Source: a plasmid
Sequence record: NZ_CP033968.1
Reading direction: 5' to 3' (one strand)
DNA length: 64,000 nucleotides
Shown: piece by piece, positions 51,446 to 61,339 of the stretch
Layout of the letters: the number at the start of each line of letters is the position of its first letter
Position numbering within the stretch: position 1 is the first letter of the stretch
Program-made: the position numbers and the translations under genes
The notes under the pieces: model-generated
Databases searched by the model: none
Told to the model about the DNA's origin: nothing
What the model saw: the letters and a program-made list of their open reading frames with translations, nothing else

Positions 51446-51500
51446 AAAACTCCAGCAGGGCGGCGAGGTGGGGGCGTGATTTCCGGGGTTTGAGGGTCCG

Positions 51501-52460
51501 TCATGTGCCAAGCCGAGCGATTGCAGCCTCCAGGTCACGTTGGCCAGGCCGACGTGTTGCCTCAATGAACGGCTCGATGAACTGACCAACATTGCGCAAG
51601 ATCGCCTGCAGCGAGAAATGCTCCACCCAGTCCGAGAAGACAACTTCGTCTAGTGGTTCGCAGGAAACCGTCACGTCGGATGCCCGGAGAACGGGAGCTC
51701 GGGAAAGGTCCATCAACTTCATGTTCCTTTCATACGTAGCCCGGCCTGCTGCCGAAGCAATGGCACCGAGAGTCTTCTTCTTTAAATCGACCTTGCCGGC
51801 CTCGACATGTGCATAGAAGCTCTCAATGGAGCCGCCATGCTGTCCAAACACCTTGAGTGCGGTTGGGATACCTACCCGCGGAAGACCTTCTATGGTATCA
51901 GACGCGTCGCCCGCCAATGCCTTGGCCTGAAGGTAGGTCCAAGGGTCTGGCGTCCCGACATGGTCATGCAAGTCGTCTGCTGTGGCGATCAGCTTTTTTG
52001 CGCGTGAATCGAACCAACCGATGCCGTGTCCGACGGCTTGGAGCAGGTCCGAATCGTTGGTCACGATAAGTACATCATGTCCACCGGCGGCCAAGACATT
52101 CGCGAGTTGGAACGCGACATCGTCCGTTTCAGCGTTCGGGGCCTCTAACTGCATGAGCCCGAGCTTCCCGGCCATCGTCTGAATGTGGGGGCGCTGCCTC
52201 TCGAAAGAGGCCCGCGCAGCTCGCGACGCCTCGCTCTTCAGGCACTCACTTTTATAGTCGGCATAGAGGTCATATCTCCACTGAGCTCGGCCATCCCAGG
52301 CGAGAACCGGGAAGAAGTCGTAGTGGGTGCGCAGCAGCACGGACAACGACCAGAGAGTGCCGCTGATCGCTTGTACCTCCATCCCTTGCGCGGTCAGGGT
52401 GTGAGAGTACTGATTTGCGTAACCAACTGCAGATCCATCCACGATCATGATTGCGGCCAT
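51501..52460 (-). CDS. 5'-3' exonuclease / flap endonuclease (Pol I 5'-exo, Xni-like). Start reassigned to MAAIMIVDGS.
   Basis: IVDGSAVGY, WDGRAQWRYDLYADYK, NAETDDVAFQLA, VTNDSDLLQAV and GLPRVGIPTALKVF match the 53EXO metal-binding and H3TH motifs. GAGGGAG RBS. Confidence 0.75.
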   Translation of the reverse strand: MAAIMIVDGSAVGYANQYSHTLTAQGMEVQAISGTLWSLSVLLRTHYDFFPVLAWDGRAQWRYDLYADYKSECLKSEASRAARASFERQRPHIQTMAGKLGLMQLEAPNAETDDVAFQLANVLAAGGHDVLIVTNDSDLLQAVGHGIGWFDSRAKKLIATADDLHDHVGTPDPWTYLQAKALAGDASDTIEGLPRVGIPTALKVFGQHGGSIESFYAHVEAGKVDLKKKTLGAIASAAGRATYERNMKLMDLSRAPVLRASDVTVSCEPLDEVVFSDWVEHFSLQAILRNVGQFIEPFIEATRRPGQRDLEAAIARLGT

Positions 52461-52629
52461 CAGTGTTGCTCCCTCTACGCCTTTCACGTTTGATGTGTTC
52501 CCTTGTGCGACGCGCACAACTGGAGTATGCGTACATGATACTGCGGAAATGCGAGGGGTTATAGCTTGATGAGCTGCATCCCCTACGGGCAAGGCCTCGC
52601 ATGGCCTCCATCACAGGGAGATTCATAAC

Positions 52630-53838
52630 ATGGACATGTCCGTAGGAACGCAAGAACAAGCAATTCGCTTCATCACGCCGAAGTTCCTGGAAGGTGCCCC
52701 GGCCGGAAAGCCCAATCAGGTTGGTTTGTCGCCAGAGGTTGAATCCATGCTTGCCCGCGATGCGGTGGTGGCGGTCGGGGTCTCAGGCGGCAAGGATTCG
52801 GATGCCTGCGCTATTGCGGTGGCAAGGCACTTGGATCAGATCGGCCACAAGGGACCGCGGCTGCTGGTGCATTCCGACCTAGGCCGTATCGAGTGGAAGG
52901 ATAGCCTGCCTAGCTGCGAGCGGTTGGCACATCGATTGGGTTGGGAACTGCTGGTGGTTCGTCGGCAGGCTGGCGATATGCTGGACCGCTGGGAAGTACG
53001 GTGGCAGAACAGTGTCTCGCGGTACGAGGACATGTCCTGTGTGAAGCTCATCCTTCCCTGGAGCACGCCGTCGATGCGATTCTGCACGAGCGAAATGAAG
53101 ACACACCTCATATCCAGTGCGTTGCGAAAGCGCTTCCCGCAGGGAGACATTCTCAACGTGACGGGGATTCGCCGACAGGAAAGCAAGAACCGCAGCAAGA
53201 TGCCGATCTCGGCGCCGAACTCCGGACTGACCCGCAAGAGTGGGATTGGGATGACGTGGAACGCCATCATCGACTGGCCTGTCCAGGACGTGGTGCATGC
53301 GATCCATGATGCGGAACTCGAGCTCCATGAGGCTTACACGAAGTACGGTATGTCAAGGGTCTCATGTTCTTTCTGCATAATGTCATCCGAGGCCGATCTG
53401 ATAGCCTCCGCGATGTGCGAGGACAACCACGAGCCATACATCCGCATGGTGGAACTGGAGGCAAGGTCGTCATTTGCCTTCCAGGGGAACCGGTGGTTGT
53501 CCGACGTGGCGCCCCACGTCCTGCCGCCGTCGCTGCGAATCCGGGCCGACAAGGCCAAGGCAGTTGCGGCACAGCGACAGGTGATAGAGGCCGCGATCCC
53601 GGAACATCTACTCTATACGGCTGGTTGGCCGACGTGCCTTCCCTCGCGGGAAGAGGCGGGGCTCCTGGCTGGTGTTCGCACGGAGGTTTCGGCGCTACTC
53701 GGGCTCAACGCCCAGTGCCTCGATGCCACCAGCGTGCTGAACCGTTACGGCAGTTTGCTGGAGCTGAAAGTGGCCAAGGGCAAAGCTGGCTCGGCGGAGG
53801 ATACCTATCCCCAGCAGACGGAGCTTTGTTTTGGTTGA
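52630..53838 (+). CDS. PAPS-reductase-family (PP-loop ATP pyrophosphatase) protein with a C-terminal extension.
   Basis: PP-loop VAVGVSGGKDSDACA (SGGKDS), then the PAPS_reduct fold. ~150 extra C-terminal residues. Confidence 0.7.
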   Translation: MDMSVGTQEQAIRFITPKFLEGAPAGKPNQVGLSPEVESMLARDAVVAVGVSGGKDSDACAIAVARHLDQIGHKGPRLLVHSDLGRIEWKDSLPSCERLAHRLGWELLVVRRQAGDMLDRWEVRWQNSVSRYEDMSCVKLILPWSTPSMRFCTSEMKTHLISSALRKRFPQGDILNVTGIRRQESKNRSKMPISAPNSGLTRKSGIGMTWNAIIDWPVQDVVHAIHDAELELHEAYTKYGMSRVSCSFCIMSSEADLIASAMCEDNHEPYIRMVELEARSSFAFQGNRWLSDVAPHVLPPSLRIRADKAKAVAAQRQVIEAAIPEHLLYTAGWPTCLPSREEAGLLAGVRTEVSALLGLNAQCLDATSVLNRYGSLLELKVAKGKAGSAEDTYPQQTELCFG

Positions 53839-54337
53839 CGTGAAACCAAACCCAATATGGATGTGCGATGACAGAGACCGAATTTGACGCCGCTTGTCGG
53901 CTTTGCCAAACGCTGGATACAAGGGCCAGTGACGTCGGAGTTCTTGAAGAAGGCCGATGAAAAGCGATTCATTTGGATTCGCGACGACTTCCTGACTGTT
54001 GAGCGTGTAGTGAGAACCGGCGAGAAGCTGGCTTTCTTGATGCACGTGGCCAAAGTCAAGAAGGAGGTGCGGGAAACTGGGTACGTGTTCTTCGCGTAGT
54101 CGGAACGCATCTGTTGCGTGAAACTCCCTCCAAGCCCGCTGACGCGACTTAGGTCGTGCAGCGGGCTTTTCTCTTTGGCGCTGGCGTGCGCCGGCCGGGC
54201 TGGGGGACGCCAACTGGATCGCCCCCCCCAACAGTCGGCTCATCCCACCCGTGCCGAGGTTCGTGCAACCGCGTGTGGTGCATCTCTCTCCATCTGATCA
54301 ATCGCGGCGCCGTCCGCACACCACAAGGAGAAGGGAA

Positions 54338-54706
54338 ATGACACTTAACCAATCGGAACAGCAAGGCCTGAAGAGCGCGATCTTGGTCCATGAATCCCAG
54401 GCTGGCGTGGTCGAGCATTGCTTCTGCACGAAGGAACAAGCCGAGGCGACGCTGCGCGCATCCCCCGACGCCGATACCGGCGCAAGCATGTTCGTCACTG
54501 AAGAAGCTCTCGAGGCGGAGATGGTGTACTCGACATCTCCAGATCTGCGAGCACGCGTTGAGGCTGCCAAGTCCAAACTTCAATTCGATATCGCTGTCCG
54601 CGACGCGCTGAATCGAAACGGTGTGCCGGCTGACCGCATCCTTCGGGTTGCAGTCTACAAAGCAATCAAGGAGCTGCGGGAGACCGTGCTTCGTCCGGTG
54701 TGCTAA
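54338..54706 (+). CDS. Hypothetical small protein.
   Basis: AAGGAGAAGGGAA RBS. Confidence 0.4.
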   Translation: MTLNQSEQQGLKSAILVHESQAGVVEHCFCTKEQAEATLRASPDADTGASMFVTEEALEAEMVYSTSPDLRARVEAAKSKLQFDIAVRDALNRNGVPADRILRVAVYKAIKELRETVLRPVC

Positions 54707-54730
54707 AGCCTATCGATCTCAGGAGAGACT

Positions 54731-55090
54731 GTGAAATCAACGATCATTGATTGCCTCGCGGAACTCGGCTGGCAGAAGGACAGCATTGTCGATGCCTTCA
54801 GCAAGACGTTCGAAACTGTCGTTGCACCGAAGAAGGCCAGCGTTTGGCTGAGTTTCGATCAGGAGGGCAATCGCTGGTGGCTCCGCAACGGTGAGTTCAC
54901 CAGTGCCGGAGAGAACGTACTGGCGGCCTGCCATGCGATCATTCCCATCGGGATGCCTCCCAATGAAATCCAGAAAGCTGTCGACGCGCTTGTTGCCGAG
55001 ATGGAGTACAGGATAACTGGAGCGTACTCGGTTCGCCTTCTACGTCAACGGGACGCAGATACCGCACCCAGCTCCACATCGCCGTTCTGA
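54731..55090 (+). CDS. Hypothetical small protein (GTG start).
   Basis: AGGAGA RBS 5 nt before the GTG. Confidence 0.4.
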   Translation: MKSTIIDCLAELGWQKDSIVDAFSKTFETVVAPKKASVWLSFDQEGNRWWLRNGEFTSAGENVLAACHAIIPIGMPPNEIQKAVDALVAEMEYRITGAYSVRLLRQRDADTAPSSTSPF

Positions 55091-55237
55091 AGAGCTCCCC
55101 CCTCCCTACGCTACCAAGGCGTTCGGAGGGCTTTTTCATGGTCGACTCCAGAAGAGGAGGTGTCAACTGGACCGCCCCTCAATATGTCCCGGCGTTGCTC
55201 ATCTCCAGCAGCAACTCAACCCTACAAGGAGTCGGAC

Positions 55238-55678
55238 ATGAATCAACAGGAAAATATGGTGCCAGCAGTGACTGGCCAGGTGGTGCAGGGCTACGCGGAC
55301 TCGCCAGTGATTCTGGCGCCCTCTGGCCGGTTCATTACGGACAATCGAAACCGCAAGGTGGCTGAGGTATTCCAGCCGGGAGATTCCCCCGCGGAAGCCG
55401 AAGTGATGAAGCGGCGAATTGTAGGCTCGTTCAACGCGCTGCCAGACTTGGTTGGCGTTCTTCTTCGGGCGGACAAAGAGGGCAGCTTGTGGCAGGCCCT
55501 CTACAACGAGGGAATCACTGACGCCTACGATGAAGCACTGTCGCAGGCAGTGAAGGCATTGGGCGAGGAAGGCCTTACGACCGTCGCGCACCGTTACGAT
55601 CTCGACCTCGAAGCCATCCGGGCCAAAACCGATCCAGATCGGGGCATGAATACCCCTGAGCCGCCGGCGATCGCGTGA
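55238..55678 (+). CDS. Hypothetical small protein.
   Basis: AAGGAG RBS. Confidence 0.4.
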   Translation: MNQQENMVPAVTGQVVQGYADSPVILAPSGRFITDNRNRKVAEVFQPGDSPAEAEVMKRRIVGSFNALPDLVGVLLRADKEGSLWQALYNEGITDAYDEALSQAVKALGEEGLTTVAHRYDLDLEAIRAKTDPDRGMNTPEPPAIA

Positions 55679-55840
55679 CACATTAACCAGCAGCATGCCC
55701 ACCGTTCTCTTTGAGGCGGTGGGATTTTTATTTCCTTCCTTCTTCCGTGCAGTGACGCTAGGCAGTGGCACGCCTATATCTCCCTGGTACGCATATCCCA
55801 TAGCAAGTCCAACCCTGAACTAACAAAGGAGAACTCCGCT

Positions 55841-56446
55841 ATGGGTTTCAAATCGCAGATCGCACTTTACAAGGCATTCTTGGTCGCCGGCTTCAGTCTG
55901 GCGAAGCTTCGCTCGGTGGAAGCGCAAGACGGGCTCTGCTGGGAGGTAACTCTGAAGAAGGGCAAGGTCGAGATCCTCCACATCAGCAATGGAGGTTTCG
56001 GCGGGCCGGACGAAGTTCGCAGCTTGCTGCAGAACGATGACGAGATCGGCCGCAATGTTGACGAACTGTACGCCGTCCCAGAGGTCGCTCAGATCATCCG
56101 AGACGCGATGATCGACGTACTGAAGGCGGAGAAGAAGTACGCGAAGGATGGCGAAACTCGCGACTTCGACGCTGAAATTGAAGCTGCCAAGGACGCCCCG
56201 CTCAAGCGCGCAGACGACACGACTGCCATGGTGATCGGAATCATGACGGATGCCAAACAGACGATCGATCAACTGAAGCGAGCTGCCAAGCGGAAGATCT
56301 GCTGGCTGGAGAAGTGCGAGGCCGGGGATTCCGATACGTACGTGTACATCAGCGCTCCGCTGAACGCGGAGACCCGTGCACACGTCCACCAGAAGTACGG
56401 CGAGACGCTCGACGTCATCCTCAATGACCTGATCGAAGGCCTTTAA
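55841..56446 (+). CDS. Hypothetical protein.
   Basis: AAAGGAGAA RBS. Followed by a hairpin terminator (CCCCGGACTAGATCCGGGG). Confidence 0.45.
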   Translation: MGFKSQIALYKAFLVAGFSLAKLRSVEAQDGLCWEVTLKKGKVEILHISNGGFGGPDEVRSLLQNDDEIGRNVDELYAVPEVAQIIRDAMIDVLKAEKKYAKDGETRDFDAEIEAAKDAPLKRADDTTAMVIGIMTDAKQTIDQLKRAAKRKICWLEKCEAGDSDTYVYISAPLNAETRAHVHQKYGETLDVILNDLIEGL

Positions 56447-56734
56447 CCCACGACGCCCCGGACTAGATCCGGGGCTATTTCTTTATGTGGCCTCAGGGTT
56501 TGCGGGGCGAGGCATCTCTCTTACTGTTCTACGCGCCCATGACATGCATTCATTAGTCAAGTTACGCCAATCTTTTGCCGCTTAGGCGCAGATGGCCGCA
56601 CCGGCGGCCCGGTGGCGGGCGGGGCGAGGGGGATAAGAGTGGGCTGCTTCGGGTGGTGCGTACAGAAGCCTGTTACGCATTTCCCTCTGTAAGGCGGTCA
56701 GGCGCCGAAGCCACAACCTATCTCGGAGAATTAC

Positions 56735-57364
56735 ATGACTACTGCTACTCACAACATTCTCACTCCGTCCAACATTCGCGATCTCACCATTTTCGGGTTC
56801 TACCCGAGTGGGCAGAAATTCTCCGGTACCGTGAAGGCCGGCTCCTCCTTCGAGGCAATGATTCGTGTTCTTGCAGACCGTCGCTATTCCGACGACGGTG
56901 GCGACCTTGCAGTCTCCAGCGTGATTGACGCGGAGACGGGCCGGGTGGTTGACGGTGCTCTGCTGTCGGCCCAGCACGACTTGTTGCCGGAAGTTGAAGC
57001 CATTGAAGGGGTAGTCCAGTGCGTCACTGATCTGATCTCCACCATGCAACCGCGCATGGATGGTGACCTCAGCGACCGCGATCGCCTCTTTGCCTACACT
57101 GAGTACGTTGGATTGCTGCTTGCCGAGGCACCGCTTGCGTTCGAAGGACTGACGCATGGTGCCATGGAGATGTCGGACGAGAACATGACCCTGGAATTCG
57201 AAGACTGTCGGGGTCACGTGCACTACTTTGAGCCAGCATTCGCGCTTCTTACACTTGCGGAGGCTGCGCTGCAGGTAGAGGTCACCACTGCCGCGCTTCA
57301 AGTGAAGACGCTCGCGACGGTGGCACGCAGCTCATTGAATCTTGCTGCGATCGATGCACTTTGA
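56735..57364 (+). CDS. Hypothetical acidic protein.
   Basis: GGAGA RBS. Confidence 0.4.
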   Translation: MTTATHNILTPSNIRDLTIFGFYPSGQKFSGTVKAGSSFEAMIRVLADRRYSDDGGDLAVSSVIDAETGRVVDGALLSAQHDLLPEVEAIEGVVQCVTDLISTMQPRMDGDLSDRDRLFAYTEYVGLLLAEAPLAFEGLTHGAMEMSDENMTLEFEDCRGHVHYFEPAFALLTLAEAALQVEVTTAALQVKTLATVARSSLNLAAIDAL

Positions 57365-57873
57365 TGTCCACGGGAGATCCCTTCACCAGGGGTCTCCCAT
57401 TTTTTTTGCGCGAGCGTGCCTGCTAGTCCCACACGACGTGGACAGGCTCCATTGAGTTGATCCTGCCTACCAGGCGAGATCCATCACCCACTGCGTACGC
57501 CTTGATCAGGAGATGTTGCGACTTGAAGTTGCCGTCTTCCTGCCAGGCCGTCTTCCAGACCGGAATCGTGCACTGCAGCCGGCCGGTCAGATCCTCCACC
57601 CACAAGCTGTAGCAAAGCTCACCCTGGACGGTGGCTACGGTGGGGCGCTGCCTGAGGGTGTACAGCCCGTGGAAATGCAGGCCTGATGCCAGGGTGGCAA
57701 GGTGATCATGCTGCCCGCTCAATGCGAACTTTCGTGCGACGATGGTTTGCATCATTTGAGTACTGCCGTGGGTTTGAGTCCGCGATGGATTGATGGGAAA
57801 GCTATGCCCTTGGTGTTGATGGTCGCTGTTCGCCATTACGAGCTGCAAGGACCAACCAACAAGGAGCATACCC

Positions 57874-58926
57874 ATGCAATACGGCACCTGTCACTTTACT
57901 TCAAAGCAAGCAGCCGATCGCTACTATCAACAGATGGGCTATTCCTCTGCGGACATTCCACTTGCAGAGGGGAACATCCGGATCGGAGAGCCCGCGTTGC
58001 GGGAGGGCGAGATCGCGAAGCCGGATGAGGACGGTCGGTACCACGTCTGGGTTCCTGAGACCGTGGAGAAAGCGCCTGCAGTTAGGCCGTCTGCCACAGT
58101 TTCTGCGCCGCGGCGCCGCGAGGACGATCGCCTGGCATCTGAGCTGGAGCTGTTGACGATCGAAGAAGGCACGATTCAACTGCCGTCGGAGAGACTGCAA
58201 TGCTATGCGGAAATCAAGCGGCTGATCCAGAAGGGCGGGGGGCGCTACGATTCTCGCGGGTACTTCAAGTTCCCTGCGGGCATTGATGCTGCAGTCATCC
58301 TCGAGGAGTTGCGGTGCGGGAATGTCGTGAATGGAAAGAAGGATTCCCAATCGTTCTTTTCCCCCCAACCTGTTGCACGTCGGGTTTGTGAAGCAGCGAT
58401 GCCGAGACCCGGGAGGCGGTACTTGGAGCCGTCAGCTGGTGGTGGCGCATTGGCGGACATCGTGCGTGCGGCCGGGGCGGAGATTGTGGTCGTGGAGAAT
58501 CATGCGCCGAATGTGCATATCCTAGAAGGCAAAGGCTATGACGTTCTGGACCGTGATTTCCTCACAGTGTCGCCGAGCGAGATTGGTTTGTTCGATGGCG
58601 TGATCGCGAACCCGCCATTCAGCAACAACCAGGATATCGACCACATCCAGCACATGTGGTCGTTCTTGAAGCCAGGTGGTTGCTTGTCAGCGGTCGCATC
58701 AACGGGCTGGCAGCGAGGATCTCAGCGCAAGCATCGCGCGTTCATTGAGTTCCTCGAGCAGAACCATGCCGAGATCGCTGAGATCGAGGCGGGGGCATTC
58801 AAGGAGTCAGGAACTAGCGTTGCTACGGTCCACATTTGCGCCTGGAAGACCGTTCCGGAACGTGCGAAGGCTGAATCGAGCCCTCGCCCATCGGCCGCGG
58901 CTACTCAGTTGGCCCTCATGCTGTGA
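57874..58926 (+). CDS. Orphan N6-adenine DNA methyltransferase with an N-terminal domain of unknown function.
   Basis: Motif I LEPSAGGGALA and motif IV ANPPF (D/N-PP-F/Y). No adjacent restriction endonuclease. Confidence 0.7.
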   Translation: MQYGTCHFTSKQAADRYYQQMGYSSADIPLAEGNIRIGEPALREGEIAKPDEDGRYHVWVPETVEKAPAVRPSATVSAPRRREDDRLASELELLTIEEGTIQLPSERLQCYAEIKRLIQKGGGRYDSRGYFKFPAGIDAAVILEELRCGNVVNGKKDSQSFFSPQPVARRVCEAAMPRPGRRYLEPSAGGGALADIVRAAGAEIVVVENHAPNVHILEGKGYDVLDRDFLTVSPSEIGLFDGVIANPPFSNNQDIDHIQHMWSFLKPGGCLSAVASTGWQRGSQRKHRAFIEFLEQNHAEIAEIEAGAFKESGTSVATVHICAWKTVPERAKAESSPRPSAAATQLALML

Positions 58927-59185
58927 AATTCTGAGCTCAACTCAGTCGGATGGCCCGGCCTGTCTCGGCAAGGTCGGCATCTGAAAACTCCCGCCCGCCG
59001 GTCTCTACAGACGGCGGGCATTTTTTTGTCCGCCTTCGGTCCCGATCGCTGCGCCCACCCGAACACCTCGCGATTCATCGTCCCTCCACAGCACAGCATC
59101 CTGGCCGGTGCTGCCGTGCGCTAGGCACTTCACTGCCGCTGTGGTGCATTCCTTAGCTGCAAGGAACAACGCAAAGGAGAAGCAG

Positions 59186-59578
59186 ATGACGACAAGCAGT
59201 AAGGACCTGGTCTCAGGCGCGAAGCACGATGTCCTGGCCGGGCGCATTAAGCGATCGACGGGTCTGCAGTACTTCGGGTACCGAAAGGGAGCCGATTCGA
59301 TCTTGATCAAGATGGCGGAAGGAAACCTGTTCGAGATCCCGGTGACCCCCGCCGGCTCTGCAATCGTAGTAGTGGCTGCAGTTGCCAGTGCTTTCGACGC
59401 TGGATCTACCCCGGCCGATGTTCTGGATGACTTTCGGCGACGAGGGGAAGTGGAAGGAGCTGTGCAATACCTTGGAGCTGATCCATTTGTTGGCGAATGG
59501 GCCGAGTTGGTTCAGACGCCGATGGAGAAGGAGGCTTCCGCGGCTCCTGCAAACACTGCCTTCACCCTGGAGATCTGA
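59186..59578 (+). CDS. Hypothetical small protein.
   Basis: AAAGGAGAAG RBS. Confidence 0.4.
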   Translation: MTTSSKDLVSGAKHDVLAGRIKRSTGLQYFGYRKGADSILIKMAEGNLFEIPVTPAGSAIVVVAAVASAFDAGSTPADVLDDFRRRGEVEGAVQYLGADPFVGEWAELVQTPMEKEASAAPANTAFTLEI

Positions 59579-59580
59579 AG

Positions 59581-60153
59581 ATGAACCAATCCGAACTTCG
59601 CGACACTTTCCAGAATCTTGGTTTGCCCCTGAGTGACGTACAGGAGCTCGATCCCGACTCGCTGTTTCCCGGCGTATCAAAGTGGCATGTGTTGATAGAG
59701 GCCGTCGAAGGGACGTTGGTGAACCTGATGGCCAATGCAGCAGTATCGGCGGTGTCCAGTCCACTATCGGTGCCAATCGAGTTCCGGCTGGACGGTAAGC
59801 CAAGCAAGCTGGAGGTCTGGAATGTGCGTCTCGTAAGCGGGGTGAGTCTGATCCTCAGTGCGACTGTTGAACCGAAGCCTCTCACCGCTGGCGAACTCGA
59901 CATCCGTGCGACGGTAAGTGTGGTTTCGGACCAGACCCTGATGCCGTTTGTTGAGGAGTTGGCGGTAGAGGGGCGACGAATCGAGGCGATCGATCGACTA
60001 AGGGCGGAGGTCAAAGGTGTTGCGTCAGCCATCGAGAGCCTACTCGATGGTGTAAAGCAGCCTCGCGCGACCTACATCTATCGGGAACGTCTGGAATGCA
60101 CGGCGATGGGTTGGGCCAGGCCCGATACACAGCAGCACGCCATCAACTCGTAA
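59581..60153 (+). CDS. Hypothetical protein.
   Basis: GGAGATCTGAAG then ATG. Followed by a terminator hairpin GCCCCCTCTTCCAGAAGAGGGGGC. Confidence 0.4.
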   Translation: MNQSELRDTFQNLGLPLSDVQELDPDSLFPGVSKWHVLIEAVEGTLVNLMANAAVSAVSSPLSVPIEFRLDGKPSKLEVWNVRLVSGVSLILSATVEPKPLTAGELDIRATVSVVSDQTLMPFVEELAVEGRRIEAIDRLRAEVKGVASAIESLLDGVKQPRATYIYRERLECTAMGWARPDTQQHAINS

Positions 60154-60302
60154 CCACAGTAGCCCCCTCTTCCAGAAGAGGGGGCTTTCTTTTCATTTCG
60201 CAGCGCGCAGAGGTTTCGGGCCCTCGCCGTTGTGGTCCCCTGTGAACCATCTCTCAGCACCAACAATCGCGGCATTGCCGCACCGAACTCAGGAGAACGA
60301 CC

Positions 60303-60542
60303 ATGGCAATCCACTACGACAATGCGGACGAGAACAAGGGCGGTTTCACGTCGGAGCAGATGAACGCACTGATTGAAGGGGCGAGCGAGCAGCAGGTCCG
60401 CCTTGCATTGCAGAAGGTGCTCCACGTTATGGCGAAGCTTGGCTTCGGCACGGACGAGGAGATCTCCGGGGCGGATGCTGTCGACGCAATCGGCGAAGTA
60501 TTCGCGGAAGTCACTGAGGAAGTGCTGCAAGGGCAGGGCTAA
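60303..60542 (+). CDS. Small highly acidic protein (79 aa).
   Basis: CAGGAGAA RBS. Asp/Glu-rich. Confidence 0.4.
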   Translation: MAIHYDNADENKGGFTSEQMNALIEGASEQQVRLALQKVLHVMAKLGFGTDEEISGADAVDAIGEVFAEVTEEVLQGQG

Positions 60543-60577
60543 CTCAGTTCAACCGAAGCAAATGGAGGGAGAACGAA

Positions 60578-60781
60578 TTGCCTACCAGTCCTGAACTCGC
60601 AAACATCGACGCGGCATTCGAGCGGCTCAACACGATTCTCGATACGACTGGGGCGCTAGATTCCGCGGCGACCCAGCATGCAGCCTACGCGTTGCGGCTC
60701 GCCATCGTGCAAGCGCTCGGTGACCAGGATCGAATCGAGGCCGCCGAAGCCTCTCTCGCGGAGCTGAAACTCAGTTCCTGA
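60578..60781 (+). CDS. Hypothetical small protein (TTG start).
   Basis: GGAGGGA RBS 6 nt upstream of the TTG. Confidence 0.3.
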   Translation: MPTSPELANIDAAFERLNTILDTTGALDSAATQHAAYALRLAIVQALGDQDRIEAAEASLAELKLSS

Positions 60782-61165
60782 ATTGTGTAGCCCGACGCCC
60801 GCGTGACCGACTCAGTCGGCCGCGGGCTTTTCAATTCAACGCCGGCGTTTCCCTGGGGCAACACCACGCCAAGCAATGTCGAAGCAGCAACTGCTGCTGC
60901 TGTTCATCGTGCGATGGCCATTGTAAGGACTTACACGAGCCTGTTCTGCATGCCCATTGTGCAAGGACTACGCAAAAAGCCCTTTGCACTTTCCCTCAGG
61001 ACACTCTGGAGTTGACAATGCTTGCTGCTATCGCCCTCTCGCTTTTCCTGTTCGCTTGCGGTTATCCGTTTGCGAAGAAGAACTGATCTTCGAATGTGGT
61101 TCGCTCCACGTCCGTCTGACGCCAACTAGGTCTTCTGATGCCATGCTTCGGTTGGCTATGCCACA

Positions 61166-61200
61166 CCCAAGTTGAGCCGTGCTCACTTGGGTGTTTTTTG
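61166..61200 (+). terminator. Rho-independent terminator for the plus-strand small-gene operon.
   Basis: CACCCAAGTTGAGCCGTGCTCACTTGGGTG + TTTTTTG. Confidence 0.45.
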
Positions 61201-61285
61201 TCCGCACCCCCGCATGGAAAAGTTTTTTTGGCCTTTGTTGCAATAGGCTTTGCAGATCTATTGTTTCCCCACACTGCTGCAGCCG

Positions 61286-61322
61286 GGCAAAAAAAAAACC
61301 CACCGATTCCTCAGTGGGCTTG
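61286..61322 (-). terminator. Rho-independent terminator for the minus-strand regulator gene.
   Basis: On the minus strand: GCCCACTGAGGAATCGGTGGG + TTTTTTTTTT. Confidence 0.5.
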
Positions 61323-61339
61323 ATGGCGCATGGAGAAGG

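Noticed and set aside
57423-57887. 154-aa minus-strand ORF between the plus-strand small-gene operon and the MTase.
   Set aside because: Opposite strand to the surrounding operon, overlaps the MTase start, and has no RBS.
60562-60594. ATG at 60562 with a strong SD as an alternative start for the last small gene.
   Set aside because: That frame stops after 10 codons. The downstream TTG-initiated ORF is the only extended frame.
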